Origin: Candidatus Bipolaricaulota bacterium
Lineage (GTDB): Bacteria; Patescibacteriota; Patescibacteriia; UBA11705; DATKZF01
Direction of reading: 5' to 3'
Length of the DNA stretch: 64,000 nucleotides
NCBI GenBank assembly: GCA_035528115.1
Contig: DATKZF010000003.1
Location: 551,089-615,088, forward strand
Position numbers and translations under genes: made by a program. Numbering within the stretch: the first letter of the stretch is position 1; the number at the start of each line of letters is the position of its first letter. The notes under the pieces are model-generated. The model worked only from the letters and a program-made list of their open reading frames with translations. It did not search any database and was not told the origin of the DNA. Of the stretch, positions 18,258 through 27,636 are shown piece after piece.

Positions 18258-19862
18258 TTATAGCAGACCTTTAAGTTTAAGGTATCTTTTTATCTGCTTT
18301 TCCGCTTGCGGCGTCTTGACGAAATTCAACCAGTCCAGATCCGGGCCTTCCGAATTGATATCGGGAATTATTTCAATCACGTCCTCATTTTGCAGTTTTC
18401 TGTTCAATTCCGCCGGTTGATTGTTGATAATCGCGAATTTGCAGTAATTGCCAAGGTCGCTGTGAATCTGATAAGCGAAGTCCACGGGGGTCGAGCCTTT
18501 GGGCAGGGAAACGGCGTCGCCTTTGGGCGAATAGACGTAAATTTTTTCTTGAAATATTTTGCTGACCTCGTCTTCCCAAACGTTTTTGTGAAACAATGAT
18601 TTGCCCGTGTGGAGAATTTTTTTCGTCCAGTCGTCCTCTGATTCCTTGTTTTTATAAAAAAGCTGGGCGGCAATGCCGAATTGAGCGGAGCGGTGCATGT
18701 CCTTCGTTCGGATTTGAAATTCGGTCAATTGATTGCCGGGCCCGATGATCGTTGTGTGCAAAGTTTGATAGCCGTTTGATTTGGGAGAGGCGATATAGTC
18801 TTTTATTCTTTTGGGCACGGGCGGCCACAATCCGTGAATCAAGCTCAACATTAAGTAACAGTCGTCGACCGAATCGACAATAACGCGCAAAGCAAACACA
18901 TCGTAAATATTATTGAACGTTTTTTGTTTGGTTTTCATTTTTCGGTAAATGCTGTAGTAGTGTTTGAATCGGCCGTTGACATCGCATTTGATTTTCTTTT
19001 CTTCCGCCTCGTTTCTGACGGTTTTGGCGAGTTTGGCAATGTATTTGTCTCGTGTTTTTCTGTCTTCTTCGCCGAAACGTTTTTCGATTTTTTGATATTC
19101 TTCCGGCTGGAGTATGCGGAAGGAATAATCTTCGAGTTGCCAGCGAAGATGCCACACGCCCAGCATGTCCGCGATCGGCGCCAAAATTTCTTTGGCTTGT
19201 TTGGCCACGAGATAGCGATCTTCATCCGGTATTCTTTCGTAATTGATCAGAGAATCAATGGCCGAGGCCATTTTCACCAAAATTATGCGCACGTCTTGAG
19301 ACATCACCAGCAGGATTTCGCGTACATTGCTGTTGAAGCTTTTGGTTTTGTTGGCATAGTGATTGATTTTTTTGTACGTTTGCAAAATGTCCGCTAATTT
19401 TTTTCCCAACTTCTCTTCCACGATTTTGTCGGATTCGGGATTGAGCCGAGAGACATGGTGCAAAAGACCGGTGATAATCGTCAAATGATCCATGCCGGTT
19501 CGGCTTAATATCTCGGCGGTATTCAGGGAATGCCGCATGTATTCGATCTTTTGTATTTCCGAGAAAAGAGCCACGGCCAGATTCAAGGCCATGGCTATTT
19601 TAACGTTTTCTTCGCCGATGAGGGTCTTTATTTCTTTTTCCTTATCGGGATGATTTTTTAATATTTTATGCGCCAGCGCCGCGCCAATGAACCCCGCGCC
19701 GGCTCTGCCGGCCGCCAGCCGGTTCGCCAATTCGATTGTTTGAGATTTATCGTCAAAGCTCAATTCTCCGGCCGCGTTTTGGAAATATTCAAACATTGCC
19801 GAGAGAGCTTCGTGCCCTTCCGGCTTTCTTTCGATATATTCCGAGAGTATTTTGCTTTGCAT
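18258..19862 (-). CDS. relA: RelA/SpoT paralog with a degenerate HD domain (synthetase-only type)
   Basis: HD is replaced by LLHHVSRL (no Asp), the synthetase motif GYQTLHTTIIG is intact, and TGS is present. It sits in tandem with rel. Confidence 0.7.
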   Translation of the reverse strand: MQSKILSEYIERKPEGHEALSAMFEYFQNAAGELSFDDKSQTIELANRLAAGRAGAGFIGAALAHKILKNHPDKEKEIKTLIGEENVKIAMALNLAVALFSEIQKIEYMRHSLNTAEILSRTGMDHLTIITGLLHHVSRLNPESDKIVEEKLGKKLADILQTYKKINHYANKTKSFNSNVREILLVMSQDVRIILVKMASAIDSLINYERIPDEDRYLVAKQAKEILAPIADMLGVWHLRWQLEDYSFRILQPEEYQKIEKRFGEEDRKTRDKYIAKLAKTVRNEAEEKKIKCDVNGRFKHYYSIYRKMKTKQKTFNNIYDVFALRVIVDSVDDCYLMLSLIHGLWPPVPKRIKDYIASPKSNGYQTLHTTIIGPGNQLTEFQIRTKDMHRSAQFGIAAQLFYKNKESEDDWTKKILHTGKSLFHKNVWEDEVSKIFQEKIYVYSPKGDAVSLPKGSTPVDFAYQIHSDLGNYCKFAIINNQPAELNRKLQNEDVIEIIPDINSEGPDLDWLNFVKTPQAEKQIKRYLKLKGLL

Positions 19863-19973
19863 ATTTATGTTTCCATTATAACAAATTTACAGAGATGTCA
19901 AAGGGAAAAGTCAATAATTATTAAAAAACAGCTTAAAATCGATGGGAGGCATTGTTTTGCGATTTATAAACAT

Positions 19974-20002
19974 TGACAAAATTAAAAATGTTTGCTATAA
20001 TA
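19974..20002 (+). promoter_or_regulatory. Perfect-consensus sigma70 promoter (TTGACA-17-TATAAT) driving a short transcript
   Basis: ttgaca aaattaaaaatgtttgc tataat. No protein-coding gene lies downstream. Confidence 0.55.
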
Positions 20003-20008
20003 CATATG

Positions 20009-20085
20009 TTGATGTTTTGGGACAGTTCCCAATGACGCGAACACTCCTTGTGCGTTTTCCTGCAAGGAGTGTTTTGTTTTAAACG
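20009..20085 (+). ncRNA. Candidate small RNA, possibly encoding a leader peptide (9-codon ORF MLMFWDSSQ), ending in an intrinsic terminator
   Basis: The consensus promoter immediately upstream is followed by the stem aacactccttg/caaggagtgtt and a ttgtttt T-run. Confidence 0.35.
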
Positions 20086-20300
20086 TTACAAATTCCAGCA
20101 GCTGATAAGCTAGCCTTGGTTTTAGTTTTTGTGAGTCGTTACGAATGATTACAAATACGTTTACGTTACGAATTATTGCGGCTATTTAGCTATCCTTAGC
20201 GTCATATTTATTACAAATACGTTACAAATTCCAGCAGCTGATAAGCTTGCCTTGGTTTTTGGCTTTGTGAATCGTTACGAATAATTACAAATAATGGGCG
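20060..20300 (+). repeat. AT-rich tandem repeat array (ccagcagctgataagc... and gttacgaat units)
   Basis: Two ~140-bp direct repeats: acaaattccagcagctgataagcttgccttggtttt...tgtgagtcgttacgaatgattacaaat. Confidence 0.6.
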
Positions 20301-20304
20301 TAGG

Positions 20305-20450
20305 CGTTGTCATCTCGACCGCCTGCCTGCTCCTCGAGTCTGAGCTCGCCACTCGGCCGTGAGCTCGTGGCCGAACGGGAGTCGAAGACCGGCAGGCAGG
20401 AAGTCGTCCGAAGCCGCGGCGAAGGATGACGAAGTGGAGAGAGCTTTTCC
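20305..20450 (+). repeat. GC-rich modular element, full A-B-C copy (MITE-like)
   Basis: Module A cgttgtcatctcgacc, module B palindromic cctgcctgc...gcaggcagg, module C aagtcgtccgaagccgcggcgaaggatgacgaagtggagagagcttttcc. Confidence 0.7.
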
Positions 20451-20635
20451 ATCTTGATTAAAAAGATTTATTCATTTTTTTTTCATGAATCGCGTTTTAT
20501 CAACACGGCGATTGGTTTTCAATCAATGATTTGCTAAAATATACGCGAGGGCCGCCGGAAACCCTAGCATCAACAATGTCATTGGGGTTACTATCCGGCA
20601 CCCTCACTTTCAAAATAAAAAATAAAAAATAAAAT

Positions 20636-20680
20636 ATAAAAAAATTGGAGTCCCTTGGCGGGACTTTTTTGTTTTTAAAA
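20636..20680 (+). terminator. Intrinsic terminator-like hairpin (agtccc ttggc gggact plus T-run)
   Basis: Hairpin followed by ttttttgttttt. It may terminate an unannotated ncRNA from the 20.45-20.64 kb region. Confidence 0.4.
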
Positions 20681-20699
20681 TGGAAAGAGGAGTTTTAAA

Positions 20700-20800
20700 C
20701 GCTTTGCCACTTTGCGATTTCCCGCCCGCCTGTTGGCGGATTTTTATTGTAATGACGGAAAGGGGGCTCGGGAAATAAAAAAGAGGCGATTGCCTCTGAT
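20700..20800 (+). repeat. Left ~100-bp direct repeat flanking the 20808-22326 cassette; contains a bidirectional terminator hairpin
   Basis: gatttcccgcccgcctgttggcgg...aatgacggaaagggggctcgggaaataaaaaagaggcgattgcctctgattttt matches 22355-22480 at roughly 80% identity. Confidence 0.6.
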
Positions 20801-20807
20801 TTTTTTA

Positions 20808-21209
20808 TTAAGAAATTTTTGATAAGTCCCCGCCTAAAACAATCGGTCGCATGGCTTTGATTTCGTCGGCATAACTCGTCTCGGGAATGTCATTAAGTAA
20901 AAATATTTTTTTGTTCAATACGTGCGCGAAGCCCATTTCCAGAAACGAATTGCCGCCGATGTAATTTTTGATATTGTTTTTATCCGCATTGACCACCAAG
21001 ATGGCGTCGCCTTTTTTTATTTCATTATAATAATGCCTGATCAGGTCGTGATCGATTTTATTTTGGATGGATTCATGGCTGGTCTCGCCGGGCTTGCCGC
21101 CGGCGTATTTTTCCGCGCCCCGCGGCAGAGTCGTTTGATGGCCCATTTGATTCAGTTGTTCGGCAATGTCCAGCATTTGTTTGGACGCGGACATGCTGCC
21201 GCGGTGCAT
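20808..21209 (-). CDS. Rossmann-like SLOG / nucleoside 2-deoxyribosyltransferase-like protein
   Basis: GDAILVVNAD...GGNSFLEMGFAHVLNKKIFLL resembles the D..GT.FE.G.A motif of the NDT/LOG (SLOG) superfamily. Confidence 0.35.
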   Translation of the reverse strand: MHRGSMSASKQMLDIAEQLNQMGHQTTLPRGAEKYAGGKPGETSHESIQNKIDHDLIRHYYNEIKKGDAILVVNADKNNIKNYIGGNSFLEMGFAHVLNKKIFLLNDIPETSYADEIKAMRPIVLGGDLSKIS

Positions 21210-21263
21210 AGGAGTTTTGTGGGAAAGGTGAAATATTTTATATTGAAATTTTTTGTAATAATC

Positions 21264-21896
21264 TTAATAAAACTTAAAAGCAGTATGGGGTTGTGATAGT
21301 TTATCGAGATACTCATCAATATCCTCAATCAAAATTTTATTATCAATATTTTTAGATTTAAGCAAATTAGTAAAGCTTTTGTTTATAATATGGGATGAGC
21401 CGCAAATAAATAGAATTATTTTGTTCTCATTTAGTGACTTGCTTAACTGATTAAGCCAATGGTTTTCTCTCTTAGACCAGAATCCTTTTTTGGATTGATA
21501 TTGATAAATCAATTCATTCGTTGTTTTGATATAAATTTTTTTAGCACGGAGTTCGTTTTTAAATGTGTTATATTCTTTTGAAATTTCATTAGGATCAATG
21601 AGCATTCCTATTCTTTGTCTTTCCTGCTTGTCCATCTCGCAAAAAAGATGTTTGATGTCCGTGCCATTATTTATTAACTCATTTACAATCTTTTGACATG
21701 TGGATTCTTTTTCCCCGTCGCTGAGAGACTCTTGATTAAATTCCTCCGCCAATACTTGAATCTGGTATTGTTTGACGAGGTTTTTAATGGTTTTCTCAAA
21801 AGGTGCGTTCAATGTTGAAATATGTTGATATTTATGATCTACTCCGATTAAATAAAGCATAATTTCATTATTCCTCATTAAAGAAATTTTTTCCAT
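21264..21896 (-). CDS. Hypothetical protein, possibly TraB/GumN/Tiki-like
   Basis: Spaced G.DH (LIGVDH), AEE and GSSH (ICGSSHI) motifs are reminiscent of the TraB/GumN family. Very AT-rich. Confidence 0.3.
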   Translation of the reverse strand: MEKISLMRNNEIMLYLIGVDHKYQHISTLNAPFEKTIKNLVKQYQIQVLAEEFNQESLSDGEKESTCQKIVNELINNGTDIKHLFCEMDKQERQRIGMLIDPNEISKEYNTFKNELRAKKIYIKTTNELIYQYQSKKGFWSKRENHWLNQLSKSLNENKIILFICGSSHIINKSFTNLLKSKNIDNKILIEDIDEYLDKLSQPHTAFKFY

Positions 21897-22284
21897 ATTT
21901 GTCTTCCAGCCATTTATCCGCACTTTCATTGGATTCTTCAATGTTTTTACTTTCAACCTCTTTCATTAAGCGTTTTAACATCCTGTAATTTTTGTAGTAG
22001 AAAATATTAATCAATTCTTCTTTTTTGATTTTAAAATCCCGCTTGTTGTCGTACTCTTTTTCGATGAGAGCAGTTAAGGCCATCAAATATTCCGGATCGC
22101 TCGAAACAAAAGCTTCTTTGATTTTAGATAGATCCCGTTGATTTATTTCATTCTCTAACGCCACTCTTGTAATGGTGATTTCGCTTTGGTCAATAATATG
22201 GTTTTTTAACAGAATTTTTTCATAGCGGGAAATTAGAATTGTTAAAAATGAAAGCAAGTTATTATTCATTGTTGATTTAAACAT
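21868..22284 (-). CDS. Hypothetical protein
   Basis: ORF only. Its 3' end overlaps the start of the downstream gene, suggesting translational coupling. The start could be as far out as 22326. Confidence 0.3.
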   Translation of the reverse strand: MFKSTMNNNLLSFLTILISRYEKILLKNHIIDQSEITITRVALENEINQRDLSKIKEAFVSSDPEYLMALTALIEKEYDNKRDFKIKKEELINIFYYKNYRMLKRLMKEVESKNIEESNESADKWLEDKYGKNFFNEE

Positions 22285-22354
22285 AGTTGATTTATTATTT
22301 GTGATTTTGTGTCTATAGATTACCAAAATCCTAACCCAACGTCAAAACCGAGCC

Positions 22355-22480
22355 CTGCCATGTTGAGATTCCCGCCTGCCCGCCTCAGGCGGGATCAAGT
22401 CGGGAATGACTGAAAAAAGGGAATGACGAAAGGGGCTCGGAATTGGAAATAAAAAAAGAGGCCAAGAAGGCCCCTTGATT
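22355..22480 (+). repeat. Right ~100-bp direct repeat flanking the cassette; includes the topA terminator hairpin
   Basis: gagattcccgcctgcccgcctcaggcgggat...aatgacgaaaggggctcggaattggaaataaaaaaagaggccaagaaggccccttgattt. Confidence 0.6.
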
Positions 22481-22500
22481 TGGAAAAAAGAAACTGGAAA
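22440..22500 (-). terminator. Intrinsic terminator of topA (minus strand)
   Basis: Minus-strand hairpin aggggccttcttggcctct followed by a T-run. Confidence 0.55.
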
Positions 22501-22583
22501 TTAGAAATCTGAAACTGGGGATGGAGAAGAAAATTGCTTCATTGTTTCATCGCTTCCCTGTTTCATGCTTCACGATCCATGAT

Positions 22584-24809
22584 TTATGACTCCGCCATTT
22601 CCGTATGCTTGCACTCTTTATTCGAACACCTGATGGTGCCCTTCGCGCCGAAGACCAGCTGGGAGCCGCAGTCCGGGCATTTTTTGTCAACCGGTTTTGA
22701 CCAGAACGCGGTTTTGCATTCCGGATAATTGGAACAGCCGTAGAAAGTCTTGCCGCGTTTGGATTTTCTTTCGATAATATCTCCCTTGCCGCAATTAGGA
22801 CATTTGACTCCGGTCGGTTTGAGTATGGGTTTGATGTTTTTGCATTCCGGATATTTCGAGCAGCCCAAAAATTTTCCATAGCGGCCGTGCTTGACCGTCA
22901 TGGGCGCTCCGCATTTGTCGCATTTTTCATTCGTGGCTTCGGTTTCTTCCTGAACTATTTCGGTACCGTTCGAAGAGACGATGTTTTTCGTGTTTTTGCA
23001 TTCGGGATAATTCGAGCACGCCAGGAATTTGCCGAAGCGGCCCATCTTAATGATCATGGGCGAGCCGCATTTTTCGCAAACCTCTTTAGTCTCTTCCTCA
23101 GTGATTTCTTTTTTGGAAATCTCTTTGTCTTTTTTGGTCAGATTTTCTTTGAACGGCGTGTAGAATTCTTCGATCAAGGGCTGCCATTCCTTTTTGCCTT
23201 CGGCTATGTTATCCAAGTCTTCTTCCATATGAGCGGTAAAGTCGTAATCAACAATTTGGGGAAAATGCGCCACCAAAAGATCATTGACCACGAAAGCGAT
23301 GTCCGTCGGAGCCAGTTTGCGGTCTTCTTTGATGACGTAATTTCTGTCTTGGATGGTGGCAATCGTCGGCGCGTAAGTCGAAGGCCGGCCGATGCCGCGC
23401 TCTTCCAGCGCTTTGACCAGAGTGGCCTCGCTGTAGCGGGCCGGCGGCTGAGTGAAATGCTGGAGCGGCGAGATTTCTTTGGCGTCCAGGTCGTCGCCTT
23501 CGCTGAGCGCGGGCAACAGAGTTTCTTGGGCTTGCGCGCCGTAGATTTTTTGCCAGCCGTCGAATTTGATCTGCGCGCCGCTGGCTCGGAAAACATATTC
23601 GCCGTCCTTGCTTTCGATGTCCACCGAAGTTTGGTTGATTTTGGCGTCGGCCATTTGGCCGGCCAGCGCCCGTTCCCAAATCAATTTGTACAACTTGTAT
23701 TGATTATTATTTAAAAAATTCTTGATTGTCTCGGGTTCGCGTCCGGCTACTGTCGGCCTGATGGCTTCGTGCGCTTCTTGCGCGCCTTTTGATTTTTTGT
23801 AAGTTTTGGCTCCTACCGCGAGATATTCTTTGCCGAATTTTTGGGAAATGAAATCTTTGGCGTCTGATTTGAATTCTTCCGACAAATTCAAGGAATCCGT
23901 TCTCATGTAAGTGATCATACCGGCTGATCCCTCGGAGCCGAGCTCGATTCCTTCGTAGAGCTGCTGGGCCAGCATCATGGTTTGCTTGGCGGAAAAATGC
24001 AGTTTGCTGTTGGCGTCTTGCTGCAAGGTCGAAGTCTTAAAAGGCGCCGGCGCTTTTTTCGTTGTTTCTTTGAGCTCTATTTTCGAAACTTTATAATTTT
24101 GATCTTTGAGTTTGTCCAGGATTTCTTTGGCTTGCTTTTCGTTTTTAATGTCCAGCTTCTTCAATGTTTTGCCATTTATGATATGAAGCTTGGCCGGAAA
24201 TTCGTTTTTATCTTTGCTGAAAATAGCTTCGATCGTCCAGTATTCTTCTTTTTTAAATGCTTGAATTTCTCGTTCGCGTTCGACGATCAATCTGACGGAC
24301 ACGGACTGAACGCGTCCGGCCGATAATCCCTTGGCCACTTTTTTCCATAAGAAAGGGGAGAGCTCATAGCCGACCAGTCGATCCAAAATTCGGCGCGCTT
24401 GCTGGGCGTTCACCAGATTCAAATCAATGGTTCTGGGCGTTTGCAAAGCTTTTTCAATGGCCGCTTTGGTGATTTCGTGAAATGTTATTCTTTCCGATTT
24501 GTTTTTTTTGGGTTTTAAAATGTGCGCCAAATGCCAAGCAATGGCTTCTCCTTCGCGGTCTTCGTCAGTCGCGAAATAGATCATGTCCGCTTTCTTGGCC
24601 GCTTCCTTTAATATTCCCACATTCTTTTTGGCTTTGGGCGGGATAACGTATTGAGGTTCGAAATTATGTTCGATGTCCACGCCCATCTTGGTTTTCGGCA
24701 AATCTCGGACATGTCCGAAAGAAGACAGAATGGTGTATTCGGCTCGAGGCAGAAATTTGGTGATGGTTTTGGCTTTGGTCGGGGACTCGACTATGATTAA
24801 ATTCTTCAT
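22584..24809 (-). CDS. topA: DNA topoisomerase I with C-terminal zinc-ribbon repeats
   Basis: TOPRIM N-terminus (IIVESPTKAKTI), type IA core, and repeated C..C..C..C zinc ribbons. Confidence 0.9.
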   Translation of the reverse strand: MKNLIIVESPTKAKTITKFLPRAEYTILSSFGHVRDLPKTKMGVDIEHNFEPQYVIPPKAKKNVGILKEAAKKADMIYFATDEDREGEAIAWHLAHILKPKKNKSERITFHEITKAAIEKALQTPRTIDLNLVNAQQARRILDRLVGYELSPFLWKKVAKGLSAGRVQSVSVRLIVEREREIQAFKKEEYWTIEAIFSKDKNEFPAKLHIINGKTLKKLDIKNEKQAKEILDKLKDQNYKVSKIELKETTKKAPAPFKTSTLQQDANSKLHFSAKQTMMLAQQLYEGIELGSEGSAGMITYMRTDSLNLSEEFKSDAKDFISQKFGKEYLAVGAKTYKKSKGAQEAHEAIRPTVAGREPETIKNFLNNNQYKLYKLIWERALAGQMADAKINQTSVDIESKDGEYVFRASGAQIKFDGWQKIYGAQAQETLLPALSEGDDLDAKEISPLQHFTQPPARYSEATLVKALEERGIGRPSTYAPTIATIQDRNYVIKEDRKLAPTDIAFVVNDLLVAHFPQIVDYDFTAHMEEDLDNIAEGKKEWQPLIEEFYTPFKENLTKKDKEISKKEITEEETKEVCEKCGSPMIIKMGRFGKFLACSNYPECKNTKNIVSSNGTEIVQEETEATNEKCDKCGAPMTVKHGRYGKFLGCSKYPECKNIKPILKPTGVKCPNCGKGDIIERKSKRGKTFYGCSNYPECKTAFWSKPVDKKCPDCGSQLVFGAKGTIRCSNKECKHTEMAES

Positions 24810-25170
24810 ATGTTACAAATTACAAATAAATACAAATATTACCCTTCGACTCGCCCTTTGCGAAGCCTCGGGCTCGCTCAGGGCAGGCAAATGAGTTACA
24901 AATTACGATTAAGAAAAAAAATTATAAATGCAATATGCTTTTGATACTGCCATTATTTTGGAAAGTTGTCAAATTAAGGGATTGTTGATAAATAAACATG
25001 GAGAGTTTCGTCTCGCGCATTTGGCGCTTCACTGATAATAAAAAAATGACGCTGAGGAGGACCCTGACGAATGGAAGGGGACGACGAAGTGGGCCAGGCC
25101 GCCAGGCCATAACCTGCCCCCCGCCCTTTAAAATAAGCAATAAAAAGGGAGGGGGGACAAGGGGGGAGGG

Positions 25171-26427
25171 TTAAAAGCTTTTTCGGTTTTGCAAAATCCA
25201 TTCCTCCGATATCCAGGACTTTCTCAGCTCGCCGCAAAGAAAAGTGGAGCCGGTGATCAGCAGAAGTTGATTTTTTGAAAGATTCTTTTTCGCGGCGTCA
25301 AAAGCTTGCCATGGATCGAGAAACGCGCGGCACTTTGTTTTCGGCCAAACTTTTTTGACGGTTCTTTGAATTTCAAAAGGATTAATGGCCTGCCTTTGCT
25401 CGACCAAAAATCTGGTGGCGAAAATCTCGCAGTCGAAATTATCCAAAAGCGGTTTTAAACAAGCTTTGATATTTTTGGGAGAAGACAGAGCAAAAATAAT
25501 TTTGAGCCGTTTGGCTTTTTGAGTGTTTAATTTTTTAGACAAATATTTTATTTTTTCCGGATTATGCGCCGAATCAATGATGACGAGCGGATTTTTTTGT
25601 ATGATTTCAAATCGGCAAGGCAGTCCGGATTTTTTTAAGCCTTTCTCAATGAACTCGTCATTGATTTTCAAATGTTTGGCGATTGAAGATGCCAGCGCTT
25701 GATTGGGCTTGTCTTTGAATTTTACTTCAATCAATTTTGACTTTGTTTTTTTTGCTTCGTTTTCAAAAATTTTCAAAAACGTTCGATTCTTTTCTGTCGT
25801 AAAGCAAGTGTTTCGGTGAATGATGCCCGCTTTCTCGAAAGCCACGTCGGTTAAAGTCGGGCCGATGATGTGGAGGTGGTCATGGCCGATATTGATGATG
25901 GCCGCGATGTCGATTCGACTCATGGCATTGGCCGCGTCATGACGTCCGCCGCAGCCGACTTCGACGATTATGTAGTCGCATTTTTTTTCTTTGAAATACA
26001 TTAAGGCCAGCAAAGTGAAAATTTCAAAAAACGAAGGCAGATCAAATTTTTGAAAACATTTTTCAATGATCGGTTTCATTCTTTCAACCAGCCGCGCGAA
26101 TTCATCGGGCGAAATGTATTTGTCGCCGACTTTGATTCGTTCAATGGCGGTCGTTGAATGCGGAGAATAATAGGCGCCGACGTTTTTGCCCGCTTCAAAC
26201 AAAATTTGGCGCAAGGCGTCGACTGTCGAGCCTTTGCCCGAGGTGCCCGTGACCACGATTATTTTTTTCGCTGACTTTTCCGGATTGCCGGCCAATTTGA
26301 AAAGAGTTTGCGCTCGCTTCAAATAATGTTTGGGATCGGCGCAGCCCGAAAAAAAAGCGTCTTTCTTGATGTTGGACAAGGAGATGAGGTAATCTAGCGC
26401 TTGATTGTATTTTTTGTATGGAGTCAT
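25171..26427 (-). CDS. folC: Folylpolyglutamate synthase / dihydrofolate synthase (Mur ligase family)
   Basis: P-loop VVTGTSGKGST and Mur ligase middle and C-terminal domains. Confidence 0.75.
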   Translation of the reverse strand: MTPYKKYNQALDYLISLSNIKKDAFFSGCADPKHYLKRAQTLFKLAGNPEKSAKKIIVVTGTSGKGSTVDALRQILFEAGKNVGAYYSPHSTTAIERIKVGDKYISPDEFARLVERMKPIIEKCFQKFDLPSFFEIFTLLALMYFKEKKCDYIIVEVGCGGRHDAANAMSRIDIAAIINIGHDHLHIIGPTLTDVAFEKAGIIHRNTCFTTEKNRTFLKIFENEAKKTKSKLIEVKFKDKPNQALASSIAKHLKINDEFIEKGLKKSGLPCRFEIIQKNPLVIIDSAHNPEKIKYLSKKLNTQKAKRLKIIFALSSPKNIKACLKPLLDNFDCEIFATRFLVEQRQAINPFEIQRTVKKVWPKTKCRAFLDPWQAFDAAKKNLSKNQLLLITGSTFLCGELRKSWISEEWILQNRKSF

Positions 26428-26541
26428 GGGTAATAAATATTTTTATTAGGTTATTAGTCGAGTAGGTTCTTAGGTCTTATTGACTTCTTGGCTTACCTAA
26501 CAACCTAATAACCTACAAGCTCTGGCTTAATTATTCATGAT

Positions 26542-27636
26542 TCATGATTTAACAAACATCTGATTGCCCAAATCCCTGATCAAGCCTTTCATTTCCATTA
26601 TAGTCACATTCGCGTTTATTTTGGAAGCGGGCAGGCCGGTCAGTCTGGAAATTTTATCGATGTGAATCGGTTCGGATTTTAAAATATTCCAAATCAGTTT
26701 TTCTTCAACGGACAAATCGATTTCTTTTTTTCGTTCGACCAATTCTTCTATTTTTTCCATGTTCAATTCATCGAGAATGTCTTTGGTGGAGGTGGTGGCC
26801 TTGGCGCCTTGCTTGATCAGGTTGTTCGGCCCCAAGCTGGTCGGCGAATTGATCGGACCGGGCACGGCGAAAACTTCCCGATTTTGATCCAAGGCGTATT
26901 TGGCCGTGATCAAGGCGCCCGAGGTTTCGCCCGCTTCGACCACCAAAGTGCCCAAGCTCAAACCGGAAATGATTCTGTTTCTGGCCGGGAAATTGTGCGA
27001 AAGCGGCAAAGTGCCGATGGGAAATTCCGAAACGATCAGGCCGTTGTTTTCCAAAATCTGTTCGGCCAAATATCTGTTTGATGTCGGATAAATGTTGGCT
27101 TTGTCAAGACCCGATCCCAAAACCGCGATGGTTTTTCCAGCATGATCGATGGTGGTTTTGTGCGCCAGTGAGTCAATGCCCAGAGCGAGTCCGCTGACAA
27201 TGGTCAGATCATTTTTTATCAATTCAACAATCAAGTCCGGCAGGATTTGCCTGCCGTAATTGGATATTCTTCTGGTGCCGACCACGGCGAGGCAGTTGGT
27301 TTTTAGTAAATTCAGATTGCCTTTGTAAAATAAAAGAGCCGGATGATTATGAGCTTCTTTGAGCAAATCCGAATAAGCTTCGCTGTTCGAGGTGATGACT
27401 TTCAGGCCTTCTTTATTTAAAAGTTCGAGTTCTTTGTCCGGGTCAATCGAGTTTCTTTGAATAACGAATTCTTCGGCGATGTTTGGCGCCAGGCCGGAGA
27501 AAATCAAATCGGACAGTTCGCCTTGGAACGCGTCTTTGTAAGACGGAAAATACGTCATCAAACATTTCAGACGCGCCGCGCCGATTTTTTGGAACCTGAC
27601 AATGCCAAGTAAATATTTGAGTTCTTCTTTCAGCAT
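26542..27636 (-). CDS. dprA: DNA processing protein DprA (Smf)
   Basis: Rossmann-like DprA core (VVGTRR.S.YG, GLALGIDS.AH) plus a C-terminal winged-helix domain. Confidence 0.8.
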   Translation of the reverse strand: MLKEELKYLLGIVRFQKIGAARLKCLMTYFPSYKDAFQGELSDLIFSGLAPNIAEEFVIQRNSIDPDKELELLNKEGLKVITSNSEAYSDLLKEAHNHPALLFYKGNLNLLKTNCLAVVGTRRISNYGRQILPDLIVELIKNDLTIVSGLALGIDSLAHKTTIDHAGKTIAVLGSGLDKANIYPTSNRYLAEQILENNGLIVSEFPIGTLPLSHNFPARNRIISGLSLGTLVVEAGETSGALITAKYALDQNREVFAVPGPINSPTSLGPNNLIKQGAKATTSTKDILDELNMEKIEELVERKKEIDLSVEEKLIWNILKSEPIHIDKISRLTGLPASKINANVTIMEMKGLIRDLGNQMFVKS

